Below are positions 1 through 8,941 of a DNA stretch of 19,837 nt, one piece after another (position 1 is the stretch's first letter; every line of letters begins with the position of its first letter). A model generated the notes under the pieces. The model was not told where the DNA came from and made no database searches. It worked only from the letters and a program-made list of their open reading frames with translations. Source of the stretch: Deltaproteobacteria bacterium. Its GTDB lineage: Bacteria; Myxococcota_A; Polyangia; Polyangiales; Houyiibacteriaceae. A program made the position numbers and the translations under genes. Where the stretch lies: assembly GCA_034670305.1 (NCBI GenBank), contig JAXMNT010000081.1:1-19837 (forward strand). Direction: 5' to 3'.

Positions 1-1
1 C

Positions 2-136
2 AAGAAGAAGGCCACCAAGAAGAAGGCCACCAAGAAGAAGGCCACCAAGAAGAAGGCCACCAAGAAGAAGGCCACCAAGAAGAAGGCCACCAAGAAGAAG
101 GCCACCAAGAAGAAGGCCACCAAGAAGAAGGCCACC
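2..136 (+). repeat. Perfect 15-bp tandem repeat (AAGAAGAAGGCCACC) x9, truncated by the window edge
   Basis: Nine identical units read directly from the sequence. Confidence 0.98.
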
Positions 137-151
137 AGGAAGAAGAAGTAG
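2..151 (+). CDS. Partial CDS (3' end): Lys-rich histone H1-like C-terminal tail, (KKKAT)9-RKKK-stop; parent protein unknown
   Basis: The frame starting at base 2 reads aag aag aag gcc acc nine times, then agg aag aag aag tag (stop 149-151). Codons are GC3-rich like the other genes. The 5' part lies outside the window. Confidence 0.8.
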   Translation, partial: KKKATKKKATKKKATKKKATKKKATKKKATKKKATKKKATKKKATRKKK

Positions 152-397
152 CTCCTGCGGCGCGGGCAACGTGTTCGCACGAAGTGCCCCCGCCCAACCC
201 GACCGCCTGGCTCTTGCCGGTGTGTCGATTCGTAGCGGACGTACGCTACAAAGGTGCCGGTCGCTCATTTGCGGAGGCACTCGAGACCGCCCCAGGGACC
301 CATGGTTCCGGGGCGTTCTCGATCGAGCTGAGAACGCCACGACTTGGCCGGCTCCATTTGTGCCGCGCAGGCCGTCGGGCCCGCGCTGGCAAGCAAG

Positions 398-1729
398 TCA
401 GCGCACTTCTTGTTCGAGCAGCCAGCGGATGCGTGGTTGGCGCATCTCCACCAGCAGCACCCGTTCCTGCTGGACGGTGACGAGACCGGGCGGCGCCTTT
501 CGAGGCTTCCGCACCTGGTGCCGCCGGCAGTACTGCACCTCGACCCGGAGTTCTCGGGCCGACTCGCTGAAGTGGGCCGCCAACATCGCGGCATCGGCGA
601 GCAACTGCGACGGACACACCTCCCGCTTGCCCAGCGGCACGATGACGTGGGCCCCGGTCACCCCGCGGGCATGGAGCCAGAGATCGTGCGGCTTGGCCGA
701 CTGGGTCACCAGATCGTTGTCGCGTGCGCTCCGGCCGACGCGGATCGTCCGTTCGCCGTCGGTTCGAAACACCCGGTCGGGTCGGCGTCCGGTCGCGCGG
801 TTCTTCTTCGGCAGGGACTGGCCCTCGACCCGAATGCCCAACGATTGCAGCATCGTGCGCGCAGCATCTGCGTGGTCTGAAGCGAGGGCCCCGTCCACGC
901 GCTCCAGGGTGGCGCGAACCACCGCGGCCCGCTCGAGCGCGATCTTCGCGCCCCGCTCGAGTTTGCGGGCCCGCCGATAGAGCCGATCCGCACGCAAACT
1001 GGGGGTCTCGCCCGCGGCGAGTTCGAGGACTCGAGGCTGGTCCGTGGTCCAGTCCAGCACTTCGTGTCGGAGGGCGTCCGAAGGCCAGCTCGAGAGCGCG
1101 GCCGTCAGGAGATCCGCCTCGAGCCGCAGCCCAGGCGCATCTTCGACGCGTGCGGCGTCCGCTTCGATCTTCGCGAGCTTTTTGGCCAGGCGTTTTCGGG
1201 CGCGCTCCAGCAACTTCCGGTTCCGAACCGCGACAGGTTCGACCTTGGGTTTCGTGAACGCTGGGATCGAGGCGACCTCCGTCCACGTCTCCGGCGGCGT
1301 CACCGCCGCGAACCGGCGCTGGCCCGCAAGGGGGGCTCCGTCCGGCAGACGGCGCAGGCGGAGTTCCCCGTCTTCCGCCGACAGCACCATTTCACTCGGG
1401 GCCCCACCGACTTCCGAGCCGAGGCCACGAAACCGAATTCGGGTCTGGGTCCGTGGCCCGTCCTGGTGCTCTTCGATCGCCACGAGCGTCGCGCGGCCGA
1501 TCAACTTCCGCAGCCTCATGACGAAGGCGTCGGCCGGGTCGCCTTTCAGGCGTCCGTCCAGCGTGCCGAGCCGCCCGTCGCCATCCACCGCGAGACAGAA
1601 CGTGGTGCCGCCGGAAGACAGGGTGAACACGAGCAACCGCTTCCGCGGCCCATCGATGCGTTGGACCCGTGGCGACCGCTTCAGCAGGCCCGCGCGCTCC
1701 GCTGTGCGATCGGTGTCCTCTTCGTTCAT
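398..1729 (-). CDS. NFACT family (RqcH/Rqc2/FbpA-like) protein with NFACT-R RNA-binding domain, 443 aa
   Basis: C-terminal NFACT-R motifs IRVGRSARDNDLVT, DLWLHARGVTGAHVIV, AAMLAAHFS, VRKPRKAPPGLV; central coiled coil with ADRLYRRARKLERG. ATG at 1729 overlaps the upstream TGA (ATGA), so the longer 1990 start in the ORF track is rejected. Confidence 0.88.
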   Translation of the reverse strand: MNEEDTDRTAERAGLLKRSPRVQRIDGPRKRLLVFTLSSGGTTFCLAVDGDGRLGTLDGRLKGDPADAFVMRLRKLIGRATLVAIEEHQDGPRTQTRIRFRGLGSEVGGAPSEMVLSAEDGELRLRRLPDGAPLAGQRRFAAVTPPETWTEVASIPAFTKPKVEPVAVRNRKLLERARKRLAKKLAKIEADAARVEDAPGLRLEADLLTAALSSWPSDALRHEVLDWTTDQPRVLELAAGETPSLRADRLYRRARKLERGAKIALERAAVVRATLERVDGALASDHADAARTMLQSLGIRVEGQSLPKKNRATGRRPDRVFRTDGERTIRVGRSARDNDLVTQSAKPHDLWLHARGVTGAHVIVPLGKREVCPSQLLADAAMLAAHFSESARELRVEVQYCRRHQVRKPRKAPPGLVTVQQERVLLVEMRQPRIRWLLEQEVR

Positions 1730-2385
1730 CCCGCCGCGAGGGCGTGCAGCGCGGTCGCGTCTTTGAACGAGCGGGGGGTCTCGAGCGCGATGAACGCCTG
1801 GTCGTAGGCGCCGTCCATCACCCGATCCAGGACATCGTAGAGCAGGCCTTCGCTGAGTCTCTGGCGGGCACCGACGGCCGCGACCCGCGCGTAGCCGATC
1901 GGTCCTTCTGGGATCATGTCCTCGAGCGGATCGAACGCGCAGAGGACCCCGAGCTCTTCCGCAAACGGCTGCGCGATCTCGTCCTCCCACAGGCCGGAGG
2001 GCGCCCAGACGATGTGCCGGTCTCCCATGCGTTTGCGCAGCCGATCCATGTAGACGCGCAGTCGGTCGCGGTCCCGCGGGCCGGTCGACAGGTCCGTGCC
2101 GGTGGGGATGACAGCGCTGGCCCCGGTCGCTTCAAGGGCTCGGGCGAACCAGTCGAAGCGCTCTTCGAGCCCCTCGTCGAACCGAAACGCACCGGCTTCC
2201 CCGTGTCGGCAGCCGTGGGGTGCGACGAGCGAGAGCGCGAGGCCGGGGGCTGTCACGCGCCACCGCTCCAGGGTCCCGATCTTCGGATAGCCGGTCGTGA
2301 AGAGGAGCTCCGCGAACGGCAGCGCAGCGAGGTACTTGGGCCCGGGTGGGCGATCGAGCGTGGCGCCCGCAAAAATCTGGGTCAT
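1726..2385 (-). CDS. DUF72 domain-containing protein (divergent), 219 aa
   Basis: YLAALPFAELL..PKIGTLERWRVTAPGLALSLVAP resembles the DUF72 N-terminal pattern (Y...F..vE......P....l.rW....P.gf.f.vka); later IVWAPSGLW, AFDP and YAR segments fit too. Coding-like codon usage; stop overlaps the start of the next gene. Confidence 0.72.
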   Translation of the reverse strand: MTQIFAGATLDRPPGPKYLAALPFAELLFTTGYPKIGTLERWRVTAPGLALSLVAPHGCRHGEAGAFRFDEGLEERFDWFARALEATGASAVIPTGTDLSTGPRDRDRLRVYMDRLRKRMGDRHIVWAPSGLWEDEIAQPFAEELGVLCAFDPLEDMIPEGPIGYARVAAVGARQRLSEGLLYDVLDRVMDGAYDQAFIALETPRSFKDATALHALAAG

Positions 2386-2503
2386 CGGCGGCTTGTGATA
2401 GCCATCCCAAAGGTCGCCAGCAACCGCAAGCCGCCACCAAGGCGTGGAGCCGCCAGCGTCCCTCTCATCTTCGACGCCAAACGACGACGACGCCCCTACA
2501 TCC

Positions 2504-2512
2504 TGGTAGGAT
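2504..2512 (+). promoter_or_regulatory. Putative extended -10 element (TGgTAGGAT) 6 nt upstream of GTG 2519
   Basis: TGn-TANNNT followed by gggccc and then GTG; no Shine-Dalgarno sequence seen. Confidence 0.55.
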
Positions 2513-2518
2513 GGGCCC

Positions 2519-3370
2519 GTGCTTTACGGTATGGCCCGCGTCTTCACTTCTGCGCTTCCCCTCCTGCTGATCGTTGCCTGTGGCGATGTTCCAACCTTCC
2601 CGGATCCGGAGCGCGACAGCGGCCCTGCGACCTGTGGCGAGGCCGAGGACGGCGGCGAGGTCGGCATGTGTCCCATGGGGCAGGTGTGCATCGGGGGCAG
2701 TTGTTACGCGCCCTGCGAAGACGACGACGAGTGCGCGAGTTCCCAGGTGTGCGAGGAAGGGGTCTGCGTCGAAGGCGACAAACCCGACGCTGGACCGCCG
2801 ACGCCCGATGCGGGAACCGACAGCGGCCCGGGCGATCTCTGCGCCGACGTCAGCTGTGCGGATACGCCTGCGACCCCGGTGTGCCATCCGTCGGGCGAGT
2901 GTGTCGTGTGCACCACCGTGACCGACTGCGGGCCCGCCGAGCGGATCTGCGACCTCGCCTACGGAACCTGCGGCGCCTTCATGGCCGGCCGCACCTGTGC
3001 GCCATGCAGCGACACGTCGGACTGCGAAGGCACCACCGTCTGCACCGAACGTTCGTCCCAGCGGGAACGGGTCTGCCTCGCACCTTGCGCCGACGGGACG
3101 TGCCCGCGTGGCTTCAGCTGCCGCGACGATCTCTGTGAACCCGTCATCGGAACCTGCACCACGATTCGCGGCATGCTCGAGAACCTCGAGTGCCTCGAGG
3201 ACATCGACTGCGCGCCGCTCGGCACCACCACCCGCGACAACACCTGTCAGGGCGAAGACGCGATGCTCGGGACCCCGGGCCGCTGCCGGTCGCCCTGCGG
3301 CGACGACGCCCAGTGTCCTCCGACCTACACCTGCGATGGCATGTTCTGCCAGCCGCCGGTCGCGATGTAG
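2519..3370 (+). CDS. Cys-rich myxobacterial lipoprotein (hypothetical), 283 aa; alternative start ATG 2531
   Basis: Signal peptide with lipobox LLLIVA-C; repeated C-x2-D-x-D-C / C-x2-G-x2-C modules; DAG/Pro-rich linker (PDAGPPTPDAGTDSG). Confidence 0.85.
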   Translation: MLYGMARVFTSALPLLLIVACGDVPTFPDPERDSGPATCGEAEDGGEVGMCPMGQVCIGGSCYAPCEDDDECASSQVCEEGVCVEGDKPDAGPPTPDAGTDSGPGDLCADVSCADTPATPVCHPSGECVVCTTVTDCGPAERICDLAYGTCGAFMAGRTCAPCSDTSDCEGTTVCTERSSQRERVCLAPCADGTCPRGFSCRDDLCEPVIGTCTTIRGMLENLECLEDIDCAPLGTTTRDNTCQGEDAMLGTPGRCRSPCGDDAQCPPTYTCDGMFCQPPVAM

Positions 3371-3494
3371 TCGCGCACCCCCCGGATTTCCCAAGCCCCG
3401 TTTTCTTACAGTCGGCGCGTCCGATCGCGGGCGTCCCCGGGCGCATGGCACCCTCCCATGTCCGCCGAACGTGCTCATCCCCCTTGGAGTCAAC

Positions 3495-6400
3495 GTGACC
3501 CGCCTCTCCCTCCTCTGCGTACTCTTCCTCTCATTCACCCAGGTGGCGGGCGCCCAGAACCCCAACTGGCCGAACCGCACCGCGACGCGGGCGGAGATGA
3601 TGGACCCGGCCAACTGGCCGGACGATCCGAACTACGGCTACGACGTGAGCGGCGACGGCACGACCTGCATCGACGGGGGCCGTTGCTGGACCAACGACAC
3701 CGGCGGGCAATGGAACTTCTGGAGCTGGGTGCCGCCCGAGGTGCTCGACCGGGAGGAGTACCGGGCTGAGGAGACCGATCTGGGTGCGGGCACCTGGACC
3801 GACATGGCGTGGACCCTGACCACCGGCTCGAGGGACACGATGATCGCGGTGCTGGACAGCGGCATCAACTGGGACGAACGCGATCTGACCAACCAGTTCT
3901 TCATCAACCGCGCGGAGCTCGAAGTCGCGGGGCTCGACGTGCGCTGTCTCCCGCAAGCGCCGGATGGACACGAAGGAGATCCCGTCGACCTCAACGGGGA
4001 CGGATCGCTCTCGATGCGGGACTGGTTCCACTTCCTGACCCCGGAAGAAGCGACGACGCTGCGCGGCGAGATCGACGCGATGGGCAACAACAACGGCGTC
4101 GCCGAACCGGGCGACCTGATCACGTTCTGTTCCGACGGCGTCGACGACGACGGCAACGGGTACATCGACGACATCTCCGGCTGGGACTTTCACCACGACG
4201 ACAACGACCCCGCGGACGACACCCGGTTCGGGCACGGCACGAGCGAAGCGCGCTGGAGCGCGGCCGAGGGCAACAACGGCATGGGCCGGATCGGCTACTG
4301 CCCGAACTGCTCGGTCCTGATGGTGCGGGCCGGCGATTCGTTCGTCGCCGACTCCCAGGACTTCGCGCAGTCGGTCGTCTATGCGACGGACGCTGGTGCG
4401 TCGATCATCCAGGAGGCCCTCGGCACGATCAACCACACCACATTCATGCGACGGGCGATCGACTACGCCTACAACAACGACGTGCTGGTCATCGCGAGCG
4501 CTGCGGACGAGAACTCGTACCACCACAACATGCCGGGCACGGCGGACCACAACCTCTACATTCACGCGGTCCGGTTCGCGGGCGCCAACCCGCAGAACGC
4601 AGACAGCTTCCTCGCGTTCAACAACTGCACGAACTTTGGCGGTCAGCTCGCCATGAGCGCACCGGGGACCGGATGCAGCTCCGAGGCCACGGCGGTTGGC
4701 GCCGGCATCGGGGCGCTCATCTTGAGCGCGTCCAACGCCTCGGACCGTCCAGGCGGACCCATCGATCCCCGCCTGAGCGCCGAGGAGCTGCGGCAGCTCA
4801 TCACGATGACGGCGGACGACATCAACATTCCGGAGAGCATTCCAGGCCATCCGGATCACGAGCCGGACTGGTACCCCTCCGTCGAAGGCTGGGACCAGCG
4901 CTTCGGGTGGGGCCGCATCAACGCGTACCAATCGACGCTGGCGGCTTGGGAAGGTCGCATTCCGCCGAACGTGGATCTGTATGGCCCGGATTGGTTCAAG
5001 GTGCTCTACCCGAGTCGAACCGCTTCGGTGACCATCGAAGGCACCATCGAGGCCCGCCGCGCGGACAGCTTCGACTACGTGATCGAGTGGGCCGCCGGCA
5101 TCGAGCCCGAAGACGACGAGTTCACCACGTTGGCGATGGGCGTCGGCGAGACCGAGTCCCTCGGACCTTCGCTTGCGACCTGGGACATCAGCGGCCTGGA
5201 GATCGACAACGGCCAGGCGGACGGACCGCACAACCGGCACACGGTCACGGTCCGCATTCGAGCGACCGCACACTACGGCGGTGCCATCGGCGACGTTCGC
5301 GGGGAACAGCGGCGGGTCTACGCCATCGCGCCGGACGACACCCTGCTGCCGAACTACCCGCTCGCCCTCGGCGTCCGGCACGACAGCGACCTGCACCCCG
5401 GCGCGTCGGGCGAGAGCTCGCCCAAGCTCGCCAACCTCGATGGCGATCCCCAGCTGGAGATCGTCTACGGCGACGCCGACGGGCTGTTGCATGTCATCAA
5501 CGCGGAGACCGCGACCGAGATGCCCGGCTTCCCGATTCGACTCGGCACCCTGCGCGGACTCGACCCGGCGGACCCGAACAGCAACGACGGTGCGGCGGCA
5601 TACGCCAGCGGCGACGTCCCGTTCGAAGACGTGGCCTCCTCGATTCTCTCCACCCCGGCGATCGGTGACATCGACGCCGACGGTACGCTCGAGATCGTCG
5701 TCATCACCATGGAGGGCGACCTGTGGGTAGTGAACCCAGACGGCACCATTCGCGATGGATTCCCGGTCGGGCTGCCTGAGGTCTTGAGCGCGGACACCCG
5801 GCGAGGTGGACCGGGCAACCGAGACTCCATCGTGGAGCGCGGCGCGTTCGCCTCGCCCTCCCTCGCCGACCTCGACGGGGACGGCAACCTGGAGATCGTG
5901 CAGCCTGCGTTCGACGGCAACGTCTACGTGTACCGCGAAGACGGCTCGATGCAGTCCGGGTTCCCGGTGACCATCACCGCGCCCTTGCTCTGGCTGGATC
6001 CGGCCGACGCACAGCCGAGCCGCATCATGACCTCGGCGGCGATCGGCGACGCCAACGGGGACGGCCTGCTCGACATCGCGGTCGGGTCGAACGAGTACGG
6101 CGACCAGTCGGGCACCGGCGCGGTCCACCTCATTCACGGCGACGGCAACGACCACGCCGGTGGCGCCGCCCACGACAACTGGCCCGTCCAGGTGGTGTCG
6201 CTCGAGCTCTTCCCGCTCGTCGGCCGTGGCGTGCCGTCGGCGGTGGCGATGGCGGACATCAACGACGACGGCCGTCCGGATCTCGCGATCGCCGGCACCG
6301 CCAACCGCGTGGAGATCCTCGACGGCATCCAGCCGCCACGCGCGCCGGGCGAGCCTGCCCTGTTGCTGGCGACGCTCGACTCCATCCGCTACGGCGCCCT

Positions 6401-7190
6401 CAACAACGTCGACAACCCGCGCGACCGACCGCTGCTCAACACGTTCGCGTCTGGATCGTTCGGCGACCTCGATCAGGACGGACACCCGGACTACTTCACG
6501 GGTGGCGCGGGCCTGCAGCTTGGTCTCAGCCTCGCCGGCGGTCACACGAACGCGCCGTTCAACCACATGGTGGGCGCGTGGTCGACCATTCCAGAGGGCG
6601 ACCGGCAGTTCGCCCCGATGCTGCCCGGCTTCCCGCAGGTCATCGAGGACTACCTCTTCTTCATGAACCCGACGAGCGCGGACGTGAGCGGCGACGGGTA
6701 CCCCGAGGTCATCACCGGCAGCGGCGGCTACTACGTGCACGCGTGGGACGCGTGTGGCCGAGAGAGCCCCGGCTTCCCGAAGTTCGTCGGCAGCTGGATC
6801 ATCGCGACCCCGGCCGTTGGCGACATGGACGGCGACGGATTGCTCGAGATCGCGATCGCCACCCGCATGGGCTACCTCTACGTGTTCGACACCGACGGCC
6901 CGGCCGACGGCAGCGTGACCTGGCCCGAATGGCGCCACGACAACGCGAACACCGGCAACTTCGACATGCCGCTCGACTTCGGTGAGAAGCTCGGCGCGAG
7001 CGAACCGCTCGTCTGCGACATCCCCGATCCGCCCGTCGACGCCGGCCCCGGCGAAGACGCGGGCCCGGCCGAAGACGCGGGTCCGACGACGACGGACGAC
7101 GACGGTTGCGGCTGCCGCACCACCGGCGCCTCGGACGCGTCGTTCGTGCTGCTGCTCGGCCTCGCCTTCGCCATCCGCCGCCGCCGATAG
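3495..7190 (+). CDS. Secreted S8 (subtilisin-like) peptidase with FG-GAP/VCBS-like Ca-binding repeats and MYXO-CTERM sorting signal, 1231 aa
   Basis: GGAG SD at 3486-3489 before GTG 3495; signal peptide (..FTQVAGA|Q); IAVLDSG (Asp), [20 protein letters not shown] (His), CSSEAT (Ser region), FGWGRINA; many D-x-D-G-D-G-x-x-E/D-I repeats; C-terminus GCGCRTTG + hydrophobic helix + RRRR. Confidence 0.88.
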   Translation: MTRLSLLCVLFLSFTQVAGAQNPNWPNRTATRAEMMDPANWPDDPNYGYDVSGDGTTCIDGGRCWTNDTGGQWNFWSWVPPEVLDREEYRAEETDLGAGTWTDMAWTLTTGSRDTMIAVLDSGINWDERDLTNQFFINRAELEVAGLDVRCLPQAPDGHEGDPVDLNGDGSLSMRDWFHFLTPEEATTLRGEIDAMGNNNGVAEPGDLITFCSDGVDDDGNGYIDDISGWDFHHDDNDPADDTRFGHGTSEARWSAAEGNNGMGRIGYCPNCSVLMVRAGDSFVADSQDFAQSVVYATDAGASIIQEALGTINHTTFMRRAIDYAYNNDVLVIASAADENSYHHNMPGTADHNLYIHAVRFAGANPQNADSFLAFNNCTNFGGQLAMSAPGTGCSSEATAVGAGIGALILSASNASDRPGGPIDPRLSAEELRQLITMTADDINIPESIPGHPDHEPDWYPSVEGWDQRFGWGRINAYQSTLAAWEGRIPPNVDLYGPDWFKVLYPSRTASVTIEGTIEARRADSFDYVIEWAAGIEPEDDEFTTLAMGVGETESLGPSLATWDISGLEIDNGQADGPHNRHTVTVRIRATAHYGGAIGDVRGEQRRVYAIAPDDTLLPNYPLALGVRHDSDLHPGASGESSPKLANLDGDPQLEIVYGDADGLLHVINAETATEMPGFPIRLGTLRGLDPADPNSNDGAAAYASGDVPFEDVASSILSTPAIGDIDADGTLEIVVITMEGDLWVVNPDGTIRDGFPVGLPEVLSADTRRGGPGNRDSIVERGAFASPSLADLDGDGNLEIVQPAFDGNVYVYREDGSMQSGFPVTITAPLLWLDPADAQPSRIMTSAAIGDANGDGLLDIAVGSNEYGDQSGTGAVHLIHGDGNDHAGGAAHDNWPVQVVSLELFPLVGRGVPSAVAMADINDDGRPDLAIAGTANRVEILDGIQPPRAPGEPALLLATLDSIRYGALNNVDNPRDRPLLNTFASGSFGDLDQDGHPDYFTGGAGLQLGLSLAGGHTNAPFNHMVGAWSTIPEGDRQFAPMLPGFPQVIEDYLFFMNPTSADVSGDGYPEVITGSGGYYVHAWDACGRESPGFPKFVGSWIIATPAVGDMDGDGLLEIAIATRMGYLYVFDTDGPADGSVTWPEWRHDNANTGNFDMPLDFGEKLGASEPLVCDIPDPPVDAGPGEDAGPAEDAGPTTTDDDGCGCRTTGASDASFVLLLGLAFAIRRRR

Positions 7191-7203
7191 TTTGGACCCG
7201 GCG

Positions 7204-7341
7204 TCGAAGTCGGCTTCGGCTTCGGCTTCGGCTTCGGTTTCGGCTTCGGTTTCGGCTTCGGAGTCGGCTTCGGTTTCGGAGTCGGCTTCGGCTTCGGAGT
7301 CGGCTTCGGCTTCGGCTTCAGTTTCGGCTTCGGCTTCCGCT
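7204..7341. repeat. Intergenic degenerate hexamer tandem array, about 23 units (TCGGCT, variants TCGGTT and TCGGAG)
   Basis: Read directly; fills nearly the whole gap between the convergent stops at 7190 (+) and 7341 (-). Confidence 0.95.
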
Positions 7342-8681
7342 CAACACAGACCCACGCGGCGTCCCAGGTCCGACTGGAAGACGCCGTCCGGGTCGTACTT
7401 CTTCTTCACCGCGCGCCACTCCGTGACCCGCGGGTACATCGTCTCGAACGTCGGGGCGTCCAAGAACGCGTCTTTGCCGAGGTACACCCGGCCGCCTGCG
7501 TCGATGACGTCCCGGTCCAGCGAGGTGAGCAGGTCTTCGAGTCCGTCTCGGACCGGAAAGTCGATCGCGAAGGTGTAGCCCTCGAACGGGAACGAGAGCA
7601 GGCCCTCGCGCGCTTTGCCCATCTTCTTCAACACGTTGAGGAAGGGCGCCTGGCCGCTCGTGACGATTCGCTCGAGCATGGCGCGGATGCGCCGCGGGCC
7701 GTCTTCGAGCGGGATGACGAACTGGTACTGGGTGAAGCCGCGTTTGCCGTAGCCACGGTTCCAATCGCCCACGAAGTCGAGCGGGAAGAAGAACTTCTCG
7801 TAGTGCGCGATGGCCGCGCCGCGGGACTGCACTTGGTCGAGCACCATGTTCAGCACCCGAATGGTGGCACCGTTCAGTGTCCCACTCGGCGCGTCGATCG
7901 GCAGGGCGAGCGGGGAGGGCGGGGTGACGCGCAAGGGATGGGCCTGAAGCTTCTTCGGCAAGTCGGCGAGCTTCGCGTGGTCGCCCACCGTCAAGACGCC
8001 GCGGCCGAGGTGGGCGCCGGTGGCCAGCGAGTCGAGCCACGCCACGCTGTACGGAAACTGGCTGTCGTAGGTCTCGAACGCTTCCAACATCTCGTCGAGG
8101 TTGCGGACGGGGATCGCCCGCTGGTGAAAGAACGTCGTCTCGATCTTCCGAAGGGTGATGGTCGCCGTGAGGATGATGCCCAGCAGACCCATGCCTCCAA
8201 ACGATGCCCAGAACAGGTCGGGGCGTTCGTCGCGCGAAGCGGTGACGACCTGACCATCGGCCAAGAGCACCGTCATCTGTCGCACGCATTCGGAGAACGA
8301 ACCGTCGACGTGGTGCGCTTTGCCGTGGATGTCGTTGGCGATGCATCCACCGAGCGTGACGAACTTGGTGCCGGGGCAGATGGGCGGGAACAGCCCGCGC
8401 GGGGCGAAGTCCGCGATGATCTGTTCGAGGCTCGTGCCCGCCTCGCAGGTCAGGTCGCCAGTCGCTTCGTCGAACCCGAGGTACCGGTCGAGCCCCGTGC
8501 AGTCGATGACGACGCCACTGCCGTTGACCGCCGCGTCGCCGTAGCTTCGTCCCAGCCCGCGCGCGATGGCGTCGGTCTCCACCGCGGAGGCAGTGGCCGT
8601 TCGGGTCTGCGGTGTACGCACCCGGCACGCGACCCGTGGGTAGTTGCCCCAGCCCGCCAACTCCTGCTCTAGCGTCTTCAC
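7341..8681 (-). CDS. FAD-binding oxidoreductase, DprE1 (decaprenylphosphoryl-beta-D-ribose 2'-oxidase)-like, 446 aa; alternative start ATG 8822
   Basis: [98 protein letters not shown] match the DprE1 motif order. GTG 8681 gives a DprE1-like length and has CATAGT 7 nt upstream. Confidence 0.88.
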   Translation of the reverse strand: MKTLEQELAGWGNYPRVACRVRTPQTRTATASAVETDAIARGLGRSYGDAAVNGSGVVIDCTGLDRYLGFDEATGDLTCEAGTSLEQIIADFAPRGLFPPICPGTKFVTLGGCIANDIHGKAHHVDGSFSECVRQMTVLLADGQVVTASRDERPDLFWASFGGMGLLGIILTATITLRKIETTFFHQRAIPVRNLDEMLEAFETYDSQFPYSVAWLDSLATGAHLGRGVLTVGDHAKLADLPKKLQAHPLRVTPPSPLALPIDAPSGTLNGATIRVLNMVLDQVQSRGAAIAHYEKFFFPLDFVGDWNRGYGKRGFTQYQFVIPLEDGPRRIRAMLERIVTSGQAPFLNVLKKMGKAREGLLSFPFEGYTFAIDFPVRDGLEDLLTSLDRDVIDAGGRVYLGKDAFLDAPTFETMYPRVTEWRAVKKKYDPDGVFQSDLGRRVGLC

Positions 8682-8941
8682 GGCGGGGACTATGACGCGC
8701 GGGGTGGGGGACGCAACGGCGCCCGGCCGATGGGTTGCGGTTCGTTGGGTCCGACCTGTGGTTCCGGCAGGCGTCGCCGCGCTGGTGCGTGTATCGGAAG
8801 GCGGTGTGGGTCTGTATGCCATGGCCCTGCAACGCGCCTCGCGCGCAAATGATGCCCCAACCGAGTGGTGACGAACTCTGCTCGTCCGTTCCGAATCGCG
8901 CGTGCAGTTCGGCAGTCTCAGCGGTGGCCGGCTGCGTCTGC

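Noticed and set aside
2386..2400. TATCAC-N9-ATG upstream of the DUF72-like gene as another leaderless promoter
   Set aside because: Lacks the final T and the spacing is longer than the other cases, so it was not counted.
2997..3494. N-terminal extension of the S8 ORF from the ORF track
   Set aside because: Overlaps the upstream lipoprotein gene; SD and signal peptide point to GTG 3495.
3531..6938. 1135-aa minus-strand ORF
   Set aside because: Antisense shadow of the S8 gene caused by high GC3; V/A/R-rich with no motifs.
7204..7343. TGA read-through or selenocysteine extension of the oxidoreductase into an (EA/ET/DS)n tail
   Set aside because: The protein already ends where DprE1 homologues end, and the read-through frame continues into the antisense shadow frame of the S8 gene to 3531, which is implausible.
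6982..7578. ORFs encoding (SA)n or (RL)n across the hexamer array
   Set aside because: They overlap both flanking genes and are by-products of a stop-free repeat.
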